From a virus (Duplodnaviria; Heunggongvirae; Uroviricota; Caudoviricetes): a DNA stretch of 64,000 bases. The notes under the pieces were generated by a model. It was given only the letters and a program-made list of their open reading frames with translations. It ran no database searches and was not told the origin of the DNA. Of the stretch, positions 28,549-39,342 are shown piece after piece (position 1 is the first letter of the stretch; each line of letters starts with the position of its first letter). The translations under genes were made by a program, and so were the position numbers. Location: positions 32,001 through 96,000 of IMG/VR virus record IMGVR_UViG_3300031949_000001; one strand, 5' to 3'.

Positions 28549-28789
28549 ATTTTTAAGGAAAGACAATGAATAAAGTGAAAATAGTGAAAGGCGAAAATTG
28601 GATTTTTTTGAACAATAAAGACACTGGATATGTTTTTTGTGGTGTTGAGGATGAATTTCCATCAGGATTAATTTTGGATTTAGCTTGGGCGCTTAAAGAG
28701 GAGCTAAAGAATGATAGGAGATTTTCAGAAGACGAAAAAGAAGCAATCCTCGATGAAGTAGAAAAACATGCTAGCATGATTATAGAAAT

Positions 28790-28864
28790 GGCTTCTTAGC
28801 TCATCGGTAGAGCGTCGTCTTGATAAGGCGGGGGCGGAAGGTTCGATTCCTTCAGGAGCTACCA
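28790..28864 (+). tRNA. tRNA-Ile(GAT)
   Basis: TTGATAA loop; ACCA. Confidence 0.85.
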
Positions 28865-29113
28865 GTTAACGGAGAGAAACATGACAGAGGAACCTAGTAT
28901 TTTTATTGATATTGTTGCGGAACCTACAAAATCGATTGTTTTGAAAAAGAATGGACCGGATTGGTTTACTCTTTGGGTTTGGGATATTGATCCAACCAAA
29001 CCGACTTGCTGGTGCGAAGGCGATTCGTATCACTTCAACGCAGAAATGGTTCAAGAAATTCAAATCTCGAAAAAAGATTCGCTTGACAAGTTAGGTGTAA
29101 AGTAGTACATTAC

Positions 29114-29184
29114 GCCCCTACCAAGGGATGGAGGCAGAACTTCTAATTCAGCCGTTGCAGGTCCGAATCCTGCTGGGGGTGCCA
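29114..29184 (+). tRNA. tRNA-Arg(TCT), degenerate D-arm
   Basis: GAA-CTTCTAA-TTC; T-arm; GCCA. Confidence 0.7.
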
Positions 29185-29641
29185 TTTTAAGGAGAGAAAA
29201 GATGTTTGTGAAACGATCCGTTACTTGGGAAGCTTTTGATAGAGATTGGTGTCCCACTTGTGTGAAGAAAGTTGTGATGAAACATATTCAGACAAACTTG
29301 CCGGGTATCGCTGCACAACAGTGTCCCGAATGTAAAACTGGTTATCAGGCAAACTACCTCGAAGACGGAGAGGATTTGTTGGATGTGCCCGAACATTTGA
29401 AATTCGAAGAGGTCTAAGGGAATATATGAGAACAAAGAAAACATATGCGTTAGATTTAGTGGATGATATTATTTCCGATTATTTTTACTATAACCGAAAA
29501 GACGATGATGTGTTGGGTCGAAATGATATGAAAGCGTTAATTGAAAGCGGCGAATTAACGGCTGATGAAATCGTTGAAAGGTTTCGTGAAGGTATTAATG
29601 ATGCTATGGCAAATTTCAATTTGCTGAAGTGAGAAGACTAA

Positions 29642-30088
29642 ATGAGTACTCTGGAATTTTGGGAAATTTTGGTTCCAACGACTCGTCCTGACGGGAGACC
29701 GATCAAGGTTCGTTACCACAAAGTTTGGGATAAAATGATCAATGGCATTGCCGGTGGTTGTACAGTGTTGAAACCAACCAAAGGCAAGTGGGTTGCTCCT
29801 GATGGGGCAATATTTGAAGAAAGAATGATTCCGATCAGGATCGGATGTACAAAAGAACAGATTGACATCATCATCGATTTGACCTTAGAATACTATGACC
29901 AGAAGGCGGTTATTGCATATAGAATCAGTAACGAAGTCATTCTGAGACATAGGAGCAGTCATGGTAAAGAGCGAATTGATCAAAAGATTGGAGCAGCTAA
30001 TAAAGCAGTGGAGAGAACCGACAGGTTGGATTGCACTGACGGGCTTGCACAACACCAGCAACGAGATGAAGGAATATCTCAGGGGTAA
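29642..30088 (+). CDS. hypothetical phage protein
   Basis: WEILVPT...G.W...ERMIPIRI. Confidence 0.65.
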   Translation: MSTLEFWEILVPTTRPDGRPIKVRYHKVWDKMINGIAGGCTVLKPTKGKWVAPDGAIFEERMIPIRIGCTKEQIDIIIDLTLEYYDQKAVIAYRISNEVILRHRSSHGKERIDQKIGAANKAVERTDRLDCTDGLAQHQQRDEGISQG

Positions 30089-30367
30089 GGAAGCGGCTGC
30101 TGAAGATTGTTCTAGAGATTTGCAGGATGTGATTGATGAAGCAAAAGACTGAACTCAGACTTTTGCAAGCGAATCTATGTGTCGATTTAGAAGGTAGAAA
30201 ATGAATAATAAATTACCAATTTTTTGTATCTTTTAATGCGAGACTACTTGCCAACTGGTGTGGTCTGTAGTATAATCGCCGAAGTTGAAAAAGTAAAAGG
30301 TGAGCCAGAGTTCACTAACAAAGAACTTGCTGAGATGGCTCAGCGATATAGTAAAGAGATAGACAAT

Positions 30368-30460
30368 TCCACGGTACTCTAATGGTAATGAGGACGCACT
30401 GTTAATGCGTTGCAATCCGTCTTGAACGGTATGGAGGTTCGAGTCCTCCCTGTGGAGCCA
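30368..30460 (+). tRNA. tRNA-Asn(GTT) with long variable arm
   Basis: ACGCA-CTGTTAA-TGCGT; U1-A72, G73; ~22-nt V-arm. Confidence 0.8.
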
Positions 30461-32421
30461 AAGCACACTAAAGAGAGCATGGTTCAATTCCATGCCAATG
30501 ACCATAAGCCTACGGGTAGCTGGTAGGAAGCATATTGGTGGATGCGACTTAGTGTAAGAATAATGCCGGAACACTACCGGTATGTAGGTATATGGATTCG
30601 GCGCCGAGATCTAAGTACTGAAAAACAAATTGTGGGCGGTTTCTGGTTCCCTCCCAGCCCAAAACCAGAACAATTTAATAAGGAGATACAATGAAAAACG
30701 TAGTTTATACTGAAAAAGAATGGATCAAAAGATGGAATGAGCTTGTTTTAAGTTCCAGTGAAATATTCTATCCAGCAGTAGTAGACGCCCCCGAAAAAAT
30801 GGAAGGTGCAATGTTCGTTGGAAATGTGGATCAAAAGACCAACATATTTGTTAAAAAATAGCATGAATGGAGAAGATAATGATATCAGGTAAAGAGTGGG
30901 ATGATGTAAACACGTTGTTATCTTTTTTGCGGTCTTCAAATGTTGTGAATCTTGTTGATGAATACTACAAGCAATACAACAACGAGGCTCCTGCCATGTT
31001 ACTATCTGATCAGATGGCGATAGTTCAGCGTGATTTGAATGCTGGAAGTAGAAATTAAATGGAAGAAATTAAAGTAGGTGATGCGTTTTTGGATTGTTGT
31101 TACCGTCCAGTGAGATGCACAACGATTGATGAAGAAGAGATTGAAGGTATTTCAATACTCGATGGAACTGAATGTTCTTGCAGCATAGCATATTGTGTAG
31201 TCAGTAAGATTAACGAGGAAGAAGTTCTGGCAACAGTAGCAGCTTTCGAAAAGGATGGAGAACGAGGTTTGATGCGACTTCGTGGTTGGACCGAAGAAAG
31301 CATTGACAACTTTATGAAGGAATGGCGCTAATGGCAACAATTAAACAACGTATTCCAAATTGGGCAGATATACCAGCGAAAACCTCAGAGTTTAACTCTT
31401 TGGAAGAATTGCTAAAAATAGATTTTGTGGAGCATTTCAAAGGTCTAAATAATTTTTATAGATATAGTATATCCAAAGAAGTTTATCAATTTCATAAATC
31501 ATCTTTCTTGATGTGTGAATTGGACGAAGGAAAAAAGTGGTGGGTGGTCGGTTTTCTTGATGATGCCGACGAATTGGTTTTGAAGCTTCCTAAATGGGAG
31601 CCAATTAACGAACAGGAGAGTAAAATGACATAGGTACCAGAGCAATTTGAAGACGCAATTATCGTGATTCACTACAACAAGGCTCATAATCAGGATCAAA
31701 ACATCCCGCCTTGGGTGGTGAAAGTGAAAGGTGAAAGCTACTATGTGTGGCACTTCACTGTGGAACCGGGAGTTGGATTTTCGTCTAAGGAAACACCGGC
31801 TAATCCCCACACTAAAGCATCTCTCAAATTTAAAGGGAATCTACGCTTTGAAGAAAATGAAGGTAAGTTAGAGGCGGTGATTTATGATGGGAAAACTGAA
31901 GGAAATCATCCTTCATGGTTGAATAAGGAAAAGAAATGACATTAGATAATGTAATGTGGATTGTATCGGCTTTGTACATAGGCGGATTGGTATTAATGCT
32001 ATACACGAAGCGGGGTCGTAGAATACTTAATAGATTAATTATTAAAGACGAGAAAGAGGGTTAATATGGAACTATTGTATGATGGAACGCTGAATAGACT
32101 TACGATTGAAAGCGTAAAAACCAGTATGGCAACTAACTCTTGTCCAGTAGAAGTTGATGTTGAAACTAATAAGTTTTGGGAAGCGTTTCAACCGTTTAGC
32201 AAGACAATCATGCGTCAGATTCGAGAAGTTTTGGAATACGGTGATGGTAGTCCTCGTATCTATAATGGTCCGAGTTATATAACATCACACAAGAATGATG
32301 AAGAAACAGTTTATTTTATTTTCTTTCGATTTGAAAGTGATAGGGATGCTTTTAAGGAACATTTCAAGCATCTGAAAATGAATTGTTCGCCGTTCAAAAC
32401 GGTGATTAAATAAGAGACAAT

Positions 32422-32687
32422 TCTGTTGTAGTTTAGAGGAAAGGAATTAGTAGTTAGTTGTCAAGATCAGGATATACATTGTTGAGCGAAATATTGGTAA
32501 CATCGCATTGGGCTTCCCAAAAAAACGTTGAGCCAGGGGTGGCGCCTGGACAGACCAGTATAGTACCAATAGACTTTTGAGACCTGTGAGCGACTAGCGA
32601 AGAACCGAGTACGTGGAAGAACACTGGCACCCAGCACAATGCGATTAGAGCCAGCGACGGTGTGTTCGAAGCCACCCAACAGAGCCA
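32422..32687 (+). ncRNA. 266-nt tRNA-framed structured RNA
   Basis: TCTGTTG/CAACAGA-GCCA acceptor; T-arm; ~180-nt D-loop insert; 21-nt anticodon loop. Confidence 0.7.
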
Positions 32688-32700
32688 ATTTGGAGGTAGT

Positions 32701-33210
32701 ATGGAAAATAATAAAAAATATCATTTGTTTTGGAACGGACCATTTAGTAACTGGTACCCATCCAATATCATAGTTGAAGGGGTTGCGTACAACTGCACCG
32801 AGCAACATATGATGGCTGAAAAAGCAAAGATGTTCGGTGATAAGGAAATGTATCAACGAATAATGATGTCCAACAGTCCAGCCGATCAAAAGGCGTATGG
32901 AAAGAAGGTTAAGGACTTTAATAAGATCGTATGGGAGACTTCTGCTAGAGATATTGTCTACAAAGGCAATCTATGTAAGTTTACCCAACATGCTGACCTC
33001 AAGGAATATATCCTCGGAACTGGTGACGACGTGATTGTAGAAGCCAGCCCATATGACGTGATTTGGGGAATTGGTCTTTATGAAACTGATAAACGTTGTT
33101 TAGATCCGAAGCAATGGAAGGGATTGAACTGGTTGGGTGAAGTGCTCATGCGCGTGCGTGATTGGATTAAAAAAGAACAAAATGGAGAAATAATAAATGT
33201 TAACAGTTGA
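32701..33210 (+). CDS. NADAR family protein (YbiA/DUF1768-like)
   Basis: FSNWY, EQHMMAEKA, KFTQH, EASPYDVIWGIG, GLNWLG. Confidence 0.9.
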   Translation: MENNKKYHLFWNGPFSNWYPSNIIVEGVAYNCTEQHMMAEKAKMFGDKEMYQRIMMSNSPADQKAYGKKVKDFNKIVWETSARDIVYKGNLCKFTQHADLKEYILGTGDDVIVEASPYDVIWGIGLYETDKRCLDPKQWKGLNWLGEVLMRVRDWIKKEQNGEIINVNS

Positions 33211-33407
33211 ATACTATCTTCCTGATGGAAGTTTCTTTTACGTAGATAAGATTACGGGACACGTCCCACAGAAGGGTGACAAGGTTGTTCATCCGTTTTC
33301 TCAACAAGCATTTTTTGTGAGAGAAGTTCCTGAGTTTTGGGTTGCAAGGCAGATGGTTAAGATTCAAATGAGCCAGCAAGCCAATGACCCAATGAATATG
33401 TAACAAT

Positions 33408-33481
33408 TGCCTCATGGTGTAATGGAAACATGTTTCGCTTTGAACGAAAAGTCCTCGGTTCGATTCCGAGTGGGGTTGCCA
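33408..33481 (+). tRNA. tRNA-Gln(TTG)
   Basis: TTTCG-CTTTGAA-CGAAA; GCCA. Confidence 0.85.
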
Positions 33482-33483
33482 AT

Positions 33484-33867
33484 TTATAGGATTTGAAAAG
33501 ACAACACGTGTCTTGCTACATCCTTCGAAGTATGGTCCAGGACGAATTGATGTTTGGCGCATCGCAATTGAAGCGGTAGTGCGTCGAGCGATCCTCCGGT
33601 TTGACCATTCAACATATTTAGAGTAACATGAAGGTCATGACTTGCGACAGCGTCGATGATCTTTAGAAAGCCTTCTATCCCGGCGTGTTCAACGATTAGT
33701 AGGATAGACTTACCAGCAAGATCGAGAAGGACAGTAAGAACCTGCATGGTGAATTTTGAGGTTTGATCTTCGTCTAGGAAAGCGCTTTTAACATGAACGA
33801 AGAATTTATCCGCACTATGGGGCGGGAGAATGTTGAGATCGAAATTTGACGGCTTAGGCGTTTCCAT
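33484..33867 (-). CDS. hypothetical late protein
   Basis: minus-strand GGAGG RBS and ATAAATA upstream. Confidence 0.65.
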   Translation of the reverse strand: METPKPSNFDLNILPPHSADKFFVHVKSAFLDEDQTSKFTMQVLTVLLDLAGKSILLIVEHAGIEGFLKIIDAVASHDLHVTLNMLNGQTGGSLDALPLQLRCAKHQFVLDHTSKDVARHVLSFQIL

Positions 33868-34187
33868 GTATAATGTCCTCCAATATGTGATATTTATCTA
33901 GAGGAATTTTATGTGGATTAAGGTTTGGCAACGGTGGGCGCACGGAGAATACAAGGAATCTTGTACCTATCATGAGGTTGAGGCTGATACTGACATCGAA
34001 AATGTTCTCGATTTTAAGAACCAAGCGAACGAATGGTCAGATAAGTATCGTGGATCATTTTACGAAGTCATTCAGTCACCACCAGAAAAATGGTTGAAAG
34101 TAGAGATTGAAAAACTCATTTTGATTGAAGAGAGTGCAATTAAGAAATCAAAGAGATACATAGAGTTGTTAGAGAAAATTTAATTAT

Positions 34188-34262
34188 ACCGTCATAGTGT
34201 AGTGGTCTGCACGTGAGATTGTCAATCTTAAAGTCGGGGATCATTCCCCCGTGGCGGTGCCA
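34188..34262 (+). tRNA. tRNA-Asp(GTC)
   Basis: TGAGA-TTGTCAA-TCTTA; GCCA. Confidence 0.85.
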
Positions 34263-34712
34263 AATTTAGGAGAAGAGAATGGATGATTTATTGTTTGTTT
34301 TGTATCGCATGCGCGGAGTTATTTCCTACGAAGAATTGAAAAATATGCCTGATGATGAAAGGCGAACTTTGGTGAGTTTCGTGAGGGAATATGGAAGAAT
34401 TTAAAATGTTTGCGCTTAAACTGGGCGAAGAAGTAACAATACGAATTTTGGATGTTCGGTACTTTGTACATAAGATTAAACCGATACTAACTCAACATTC
34501 AGCCGGAACACTTCCTGGGTGCCCGTTGTGCGAAGCTGGATATCCAGTAAGGATCAGATAAAAATGACGTTTAAGATAAAAACATACAAAGAAGCTTGTG
34601 ACGCTCTTGATACATCAAAGAGATCTTTTACTTTGCCAGTATATGATCATGTTAATGATGAGTGGTTAGTTGGTGAAGAAGATGTGAAACAAGAATGGAA
34701 AGATAAAAATTT

Positions 34713-34786
34713 GGGGCTGTAATTCAATGGTAGAATGCCCGTCTGTCCAACGGAGAACGAGGGTTCGATTCCCTTTAGTCCCGCCA
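34713..34786 (+). tRNA. tRNA-Asp(GTC)
   Basis: CCGT-CTGTCCA-ACGG; GCCA. Confidence 0.85.
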
Positions 34787-34801
34787 GATTTAGGAGGAAA
34801 T

Positions 34802-35194
34802 ATGGAATTAAAAAATCAAATTTTAAAAATTGCCGATGTTGCACAACGCAACGGTCATGTCTACACACAAGATGCATTGGAGAAAGCTGTAGATAATGCT
34901 CAAGAACGGATCAAGAACCAAGATGGTATCTTGGGTGTACTTGGTGAACCTAGAAATGAAGGTTCAATCGACATAGCAGAAATCAGTCATGCCATTACCA
35001 ATATCAGAATGGACGGTGACAAAATGGTTGCTGACTTCAAAATTTTGAGTACTCCAAAGGGAAACATATTAAGGCAATTGTTGGAAGCTGGTATTACTCC
35101 GCAATTTAGCGTTTCAGGTTTTGGTACTGTTGCTGAAGATGGTACGGTAAGTGATTTTGAATTGGTCACGGTCTATGCTAAATACCATGCGTAA
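34802..35194 (+). CDS. T4 gp21-like prohead protease homolog (short)
   Basis: RNGHVY...ISHAIT...ILSTPKGNIL..LLEAG...SVSGFG. Confidence 0.7.
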   Translation: MELKNQILKIADVAQRNGHVYTQDALEKAVDNAQERIKNQDGILGVLGEPRNEGSIDIAEISHAITNIRMDGDKMVADFKILSTPKGNILRQLLEAGITPQFSVSGFGTVAEDGTVSDFELVTVYAKYHA

Positions 35195-35198
35195 CAAT

Positions 35199-35273
35199 TC
35201 TCCTGTAGTTCAGTGGTAGAACGGCTGACTGTTAATCAGCGTGTCGGAGGTTCGATCCCTTCCTGGAGAGCCA
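35199..35273 (+). tRNA. tRNA-Asn(GTT)
   Basis: GCTGA-CTGTTAA-TCAGC; GCCA. Confidence 0.9.
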
Positions 35274-36279
35274 ACTAAGGAGCTATGTATGTCTATCAGA
35301 GTTAGAATAGTCGATGATGAAGTCCTGGAAAGTATTAGTCCAGAAAACCTCAGTGCTCATTTACATCGCACTGGTTGGATTCTTGGTGGCGTTAGTAGTT
35401 ACGGAACGTATTTTTATAAAGATGAATATGAAATAATGGTAGCAGAAAGATCGGCTCGTGATTTTAAAAATTTGATGTATATGATGTTTCAAGTTTTAGA
35501 AGAAGTTGAAGACCGATCACAATTAGATATTTGGGAAGATTTAAAATGAAAACAGCCAAAATGAGAATTACGGTAGAAGCTTTGTCGGATTTTCTCAAGA
35601 TTAGCGGTCTCAACATTTGGGTGACCGGTGGAAAAATGACAGAAGATCAAGATGATGTTATGGAATTGACGCTAGCTGGTTCCGGTTTACCGGAAGAGTG
35701 TGCTACCGATCCTAACAAGTTCATAATGATTTCAGTAACTGTGAATATCTTAGAATTCGACGGAACAGATGTTGGTGCAAAAATAACTCACGCAGATAAC
35801 ATTGATCTTTCGAAAGGATATTTGATTATCCCAGTAAAAAATGCTATATTGTATGGAGTAAGAGATAACGCATATTCGATGTAATGTTGAGAGGTTATAT
35901 GAACGCAAAAGAAGCAGCAGCAAAAGTCAGGAAATTAGAAGCAAAAGAAAGAGCAGAGGCTGCTGTGGTGGAGAAAGCTAGAGTAACGCGTGAAAAAAGT
36001 AGAGTATCCAATGCTTCGCGGTCTGCTAAAAAGTGGTTTGAAGGAAGCGTGACGGAAGCGATTACAAAAGCAGTTGAAGATAAATGCCGACAAACTGTAA
36101 TACCAGTTTATCCGAATTCAGAGGGCGGAAAAGCTGAAATACGAGCATTGCAAAAAATATTGCGTGCTAATGGATATACTGTTTCTGATGAAGCGTCTTA
36201 TAGCGAAGATATAGGACATGATCCTGATTGGGGTCATTACGATCATTCGTATCATTATTTAACAGCGTCGTGGTAAAAT

Positions 36280-36353
36280 AGGGGTGTGGTGTAATGGTAG
36301 CAAGGCTGGCTCTGAACCAGTAGGCGAGGGTTCGATTCCTTCCACCCCTGCCA
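36280..36353 (+). tRNA. tRNA-Gln(CTG)
   Basis: GCTGG-CTCTGAA-CCAGT; GCCA. Confidence 0.9.
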
Positions 36354-36423
36354 AAAGTAGTTGATTTTTCCTAAGACAAGGTGTATAGTACGAAACGCTT
36401 TGTTCAAAACTTAGGAGAGAAAC

Positions 36424-37326
36424 TTGAAAAATTTATTGCTTGTAGTTGGATTGCTTTTCCCGATGTTCGTAAATGCGGCTGACGGCGATGTCTATATCAT
36501 GTTCGGTGGACTCACCGGATTGGGTGAAAAGACATATGCTTATCAGGCTGGTTTCGACAGGAATGTTTCAGAAAATTTCTCGATTGGTGCTACGTATTAC
36601 AACGAAGGACACCTACCGAACGACCATCGAGATGGTCTCTCAGTTCAAGGTTGGTATGGTCTCAAGTTGTCTCATGATCTTGCTTTAAAGCTTGGTATTG
36701 GTCCGTACCTAAGCATGGACGGTAACTACAGCGGCACAGAAGTCAATCAAAAGGGTTACGGTATTCTGTCTTCGGTAGCTTTAAAGTGGTATCCGACTAG
36801 TTCTTCCTGGTATCTCAGAGCACAATACAACAACGTGCTTCTGGTTAATGGATACGGTTCAAATGCCGTGCTGTTGGGTATCGGAACCGATTACGAGAAG
36901 CGTAAAGCCAGTCTAGTACCAGATACTGAATTTGGTGTTTGGGGTGGTATCTCTAGAACAACGAACGCGAATACGAATAACGGTCTGGCTTTTCAGATCG
37001 AAGGTAAGCGCCCGATCAATGACTACTTGTCATACTCGGTTGCGTATCTTGACGAAGGTAATAATGGCAGCACAAACAGACAAGGTATTATGGGTCAGCT
37101 TTGGTTGGAAGGACATTCCGAGAAGTGGAATTATGGTGCCGGTTTTGGACCGTATCTAGCTTACGATAAGATGCAATCCGGTCCGAATCTTTTGGCTGCT
37201 GGTAGCTTCAGATTAACAAGAAATGTAACAAAGAGCACTCAACTTGGATTTACATATAACCGGGTAGTCTCGACATATAACCGAGACGCGGATGTATATT
37301 TGTTTGGTGGCTCAGTAAAATTTTAA
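36424..37326 (+). CDS. outer-membrane beta-barrel protein (two internal repeats)
   Basis: signal peptide; amphipathic strands; duplicated Y..EG....R.G...Q.W motif; C-terminal Phe. Confidence 0.75.
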   Translation: MKNLLLVVGLLFPMFVNAADGDVYIMFGGLTGLGEKTYAYQAGFDRNVSENFSIGATYYNEGHLPNDHRDGLSVQGWYGLKLSHDLALKLGIGPYLSMDGNYSGTEVNQKGYGILSSVALKWYPTSSSWYLRAQYNNVLLVNGYGSNAVLLGIGTDYEKRKASLVPDTEFGVWGGISRTTNANTNNGLAFQIEGKRPINDYLSYSVAYLDEGNNGSTNRQGIMGQLWLEGHSEKWNYGAGFGPYLAYDKMQSGPNLLAAGSFRLTRNVTKSTQLGFTYNRVVSTYNRDADVYLFGGSVKF

Positions 37327-37332
37327 CAATAT

Positions 37333-37406
37333 TGCCTCATAGTTTAACGGAAGAACAACACCCTTTGAAGGTGTCTGTCTTGGTTCGATTCCAGGTGGGG
37401 TAGCCA
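37333..37406 (+). tRNA. tRNA-Gln(TTG)
   Basis: ACACC-CTTTGAA-GGTGT; GCCA. Confidence 0.9.
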
Positions 37407-37417
37407 AAGGAAAATTT

Positions 37418-38203
37418 ATGTTTTGGGTATTACAGAAAAATCTTTACAATGAAGATGCTTTTGAGGAGCTTCTTCGTCAATTGGAGTTGCAAAACACTTC
37501 CTATCAAGTCGTCAGCATAATTCCATTCGCTCATGAAATGGAGCCAGATGTTAATCCCGAAGGTCATGTTATGACTCTTGGTGCTACATCAATGGCTAAA
37601 ATTTCGAAAAAGAAAGGATGGTTTCCAGGATACTTTGATGAAAATCTTCAGTATTCCTACCTTCTATATGCTTACCAAAAGCATATGCTAAACGCAGAAA
37701 GCGTTATTTACCCATTGCGTGAGCTTCCGAAGCTTTGGGATGAATTCTTCATCCGCCCGAACAATGATAATAAACAGTTTGCTGGATCGACCATGACTTG
37801 GGAGTATTTTGAAACATGGCGTCAAAATCTTATTGCCTTGGATGGTGAAAGTTCATTGACAACTATGACGGCTGATGATTTAGTTGTGATGGCACCGCTT
37901 CAGGACATTTACGCTGAATATCGTTTCTATGTAGTCGATGGAAAAGTTATCACCGGGTCTATATACAAGCGTTCTAATAGGGTGTACTATGTAAATATAA
38001 CGGAATATTCGGACCCTGAGTTGTGGCAGTTCGCTCAAAAGATGGTTAATTTGTGGAGTCCGAATCGTGCGTTTGCGCTGGATGTTGCGTTGACTGAGAA
38101 CGGCTATCATGTCCTTGAGATCAATGCTATCAACTCCGCTGGGTTTTACGCTTGTGACATGGGGAAGTTCATAAATGCGATCAATGGGATGGAATTCAAC
38201 TAA
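37418..38203 (+). CDS. ATP-grasp domain protein (DUF4343-like)
   Basis: FFIRP..D.KQFAG, EYRFYVVDGK, LDV...VLEINAINSAGFY. Confidence 0.8.
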   Translation: MFWVLQKNLYNEDAFEELLRQLELQNTSYQVVSIIPFAHEMEPDVNPEGHVMTLGATSMAKISKKKGWFPGYFDENLQYSYLLYAYQKHMLNAESVIYPLRELPKLWDEFFIRPNNDNKQFAGSTMTWEYFETWRQNLIALDGESSLTTMTADDLVVMAPLQDIYAEYRFYVVDGKVITGSIYKRSNRVYYVNITEYSDPELWQFAQKMVNLWSPNRAFALDVALTENGYHVLEINAINSAGFYACDMGKFINAINGMEFN

Positions 38204-38230
38204 ATATTCCTTATCCTCAAGGAGATTAGT

Positions 38231-38653
38231 ATGAAACTAGATGAAATTTGGAATTCTCACCCAAGACGCGGTTTCTCAGAAACATTTGATGTTGATCACA
38301 TAGCATTGGATTATGAATCTTTGGAGGATGATCCTCCTAACAGTCACAATATTAAAGCCTGGATGCCTGACATGCGTAACCGTCCAGACTATGCTGCCAA
38401 GTTTGAATACGAATATACACCCGCAGAGCGCGGATCACGTGAACGCGGTGGACTGCAATTGGAACCTGATTATGCGGCTGGTGTAGATATCACCGGAGCA
38501 CAGATTTACGATCCGCGTGTTAAACAGTGGATCGCGGTTGATCCGGAACTTTATTTTAGCAAGCATGCGCTTGAAAAAATAAGTCATGATGTCATGGATA
38601 GTTTGGAATACGCTCCTCCAGAGCGCGAGGATCGATACGAAGACGATTATTAA
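38231..38653 (+). CDS. acidic late protein
   Basis: CTAAATA upstream; MKLDEI N-terminus. Confidence 0.6.
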   Translation: MKLDEIWNSHPRRGFSETFDVDHIALDYESLEDDPPNSHNIKAWMPDMRNRPDYAAKFEYEYTPAERGSRERGGLQLEPDYAAGVDITGAQIYDPRVKQWIAVDPELYFSKHALEKISHDVMDSLEYAPPEREDRYEDDY

Positions 38654-38664
38654 TAGGGGGTTTT

Positions 38665-39003
38665 ATGTCTCGACTGCTGCTTGCTTTGATTTTGTTGGCT
38701 TCGACTACGTGTTTTAGCGCTTCTTCGGCTAATCTTTTGATTGACAAAAATTGTAAAATTTGGGGTGAGATTGCAAAGACGGTGATGCAGGGGAAGCGCG
38801 GAGGGCTTACAAAGGATCAGATTTTAGGCGATCTTTCAAACGGTTTAACTGGGCAAAAAATTAAGAAGGAAATCGTTGATTCTGTCCTATTGAATATGGG
38901 ATTGTTGTACGATCAACAGCCGAAATGGAGAGAACCACAAGAAATGTATGACGCGACATATCTAGCCTGCTGGGCGCAAGCATATACAAAGCAAGGTCGA
39001 TAA
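38665..39003 (+). CDS. secreted two-Cys protein (paralog family)
   Basis: signal peptide; C...KRGG...C pattern. Confidence 0.65.
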   Translation: MSRLLLALILLASTTCFSASSANLLIDKNCKIWGEIAKTVMQGKRGGLTKDQILGDLSNGLTGQKIKKEIVDSVLLNMGLLYDQQPKWREPQEMYDATYLACWAQAYTKQGR

Positions 39004-39005
39004 TC

Positions 39006-39338
39006 ATGAAAAATGTCTTGCTAACTTTGTTTCTTTTGGGTATAGTATCGGTCTGCTTCGCTGATGGGGGCGAAGTAAACGAAAGAGAATTTCAATGTTC
39101 CAAGATGGGACATTTAGCCAAGCAGATCGTAATCGACCGAGATGCTGGAACCCCAAAAGAAGAAATGATTGCTGAATTCACTGCACTTTATGATCAGATG
39201 TATGGTGAAAGTGATTTAAAAACAAAGTTATTGGAATATGTCGGTATCGTGTATGATGACAAGGAGGATAAGACTCCGAGCGCTGCCTATGCAACGCAAT
39301 ATACACGCTGTTTGACAAAAGGTTATTTTGAATATTAA
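39006..39338 (+). CDS. secreted two-Cys protein (paralog family)
   Basis: signal peptide; C...RDAG...C pattern. Confidence 0.65.
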   Translation: MKNVLLTLFLLGIVSVCFADGGEVNEREFQCSKMGHLAKQIVIDRDAGTPKEEMIAEFTALYDQMYGESDLKTKLLEYVGIVYDDKEDKTPSAAYATQYTRCLTKGYFEY

Positions 39339-39342
39339 GGAT

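Noticed and set aside
32422-32687. tmRNA or group I intron-containing tRNA
   Set aside because: No Ala G3-U70 identity or evident tag ORF; the insert is in the D-loop and no P7/omega-G core was recognised by eye.
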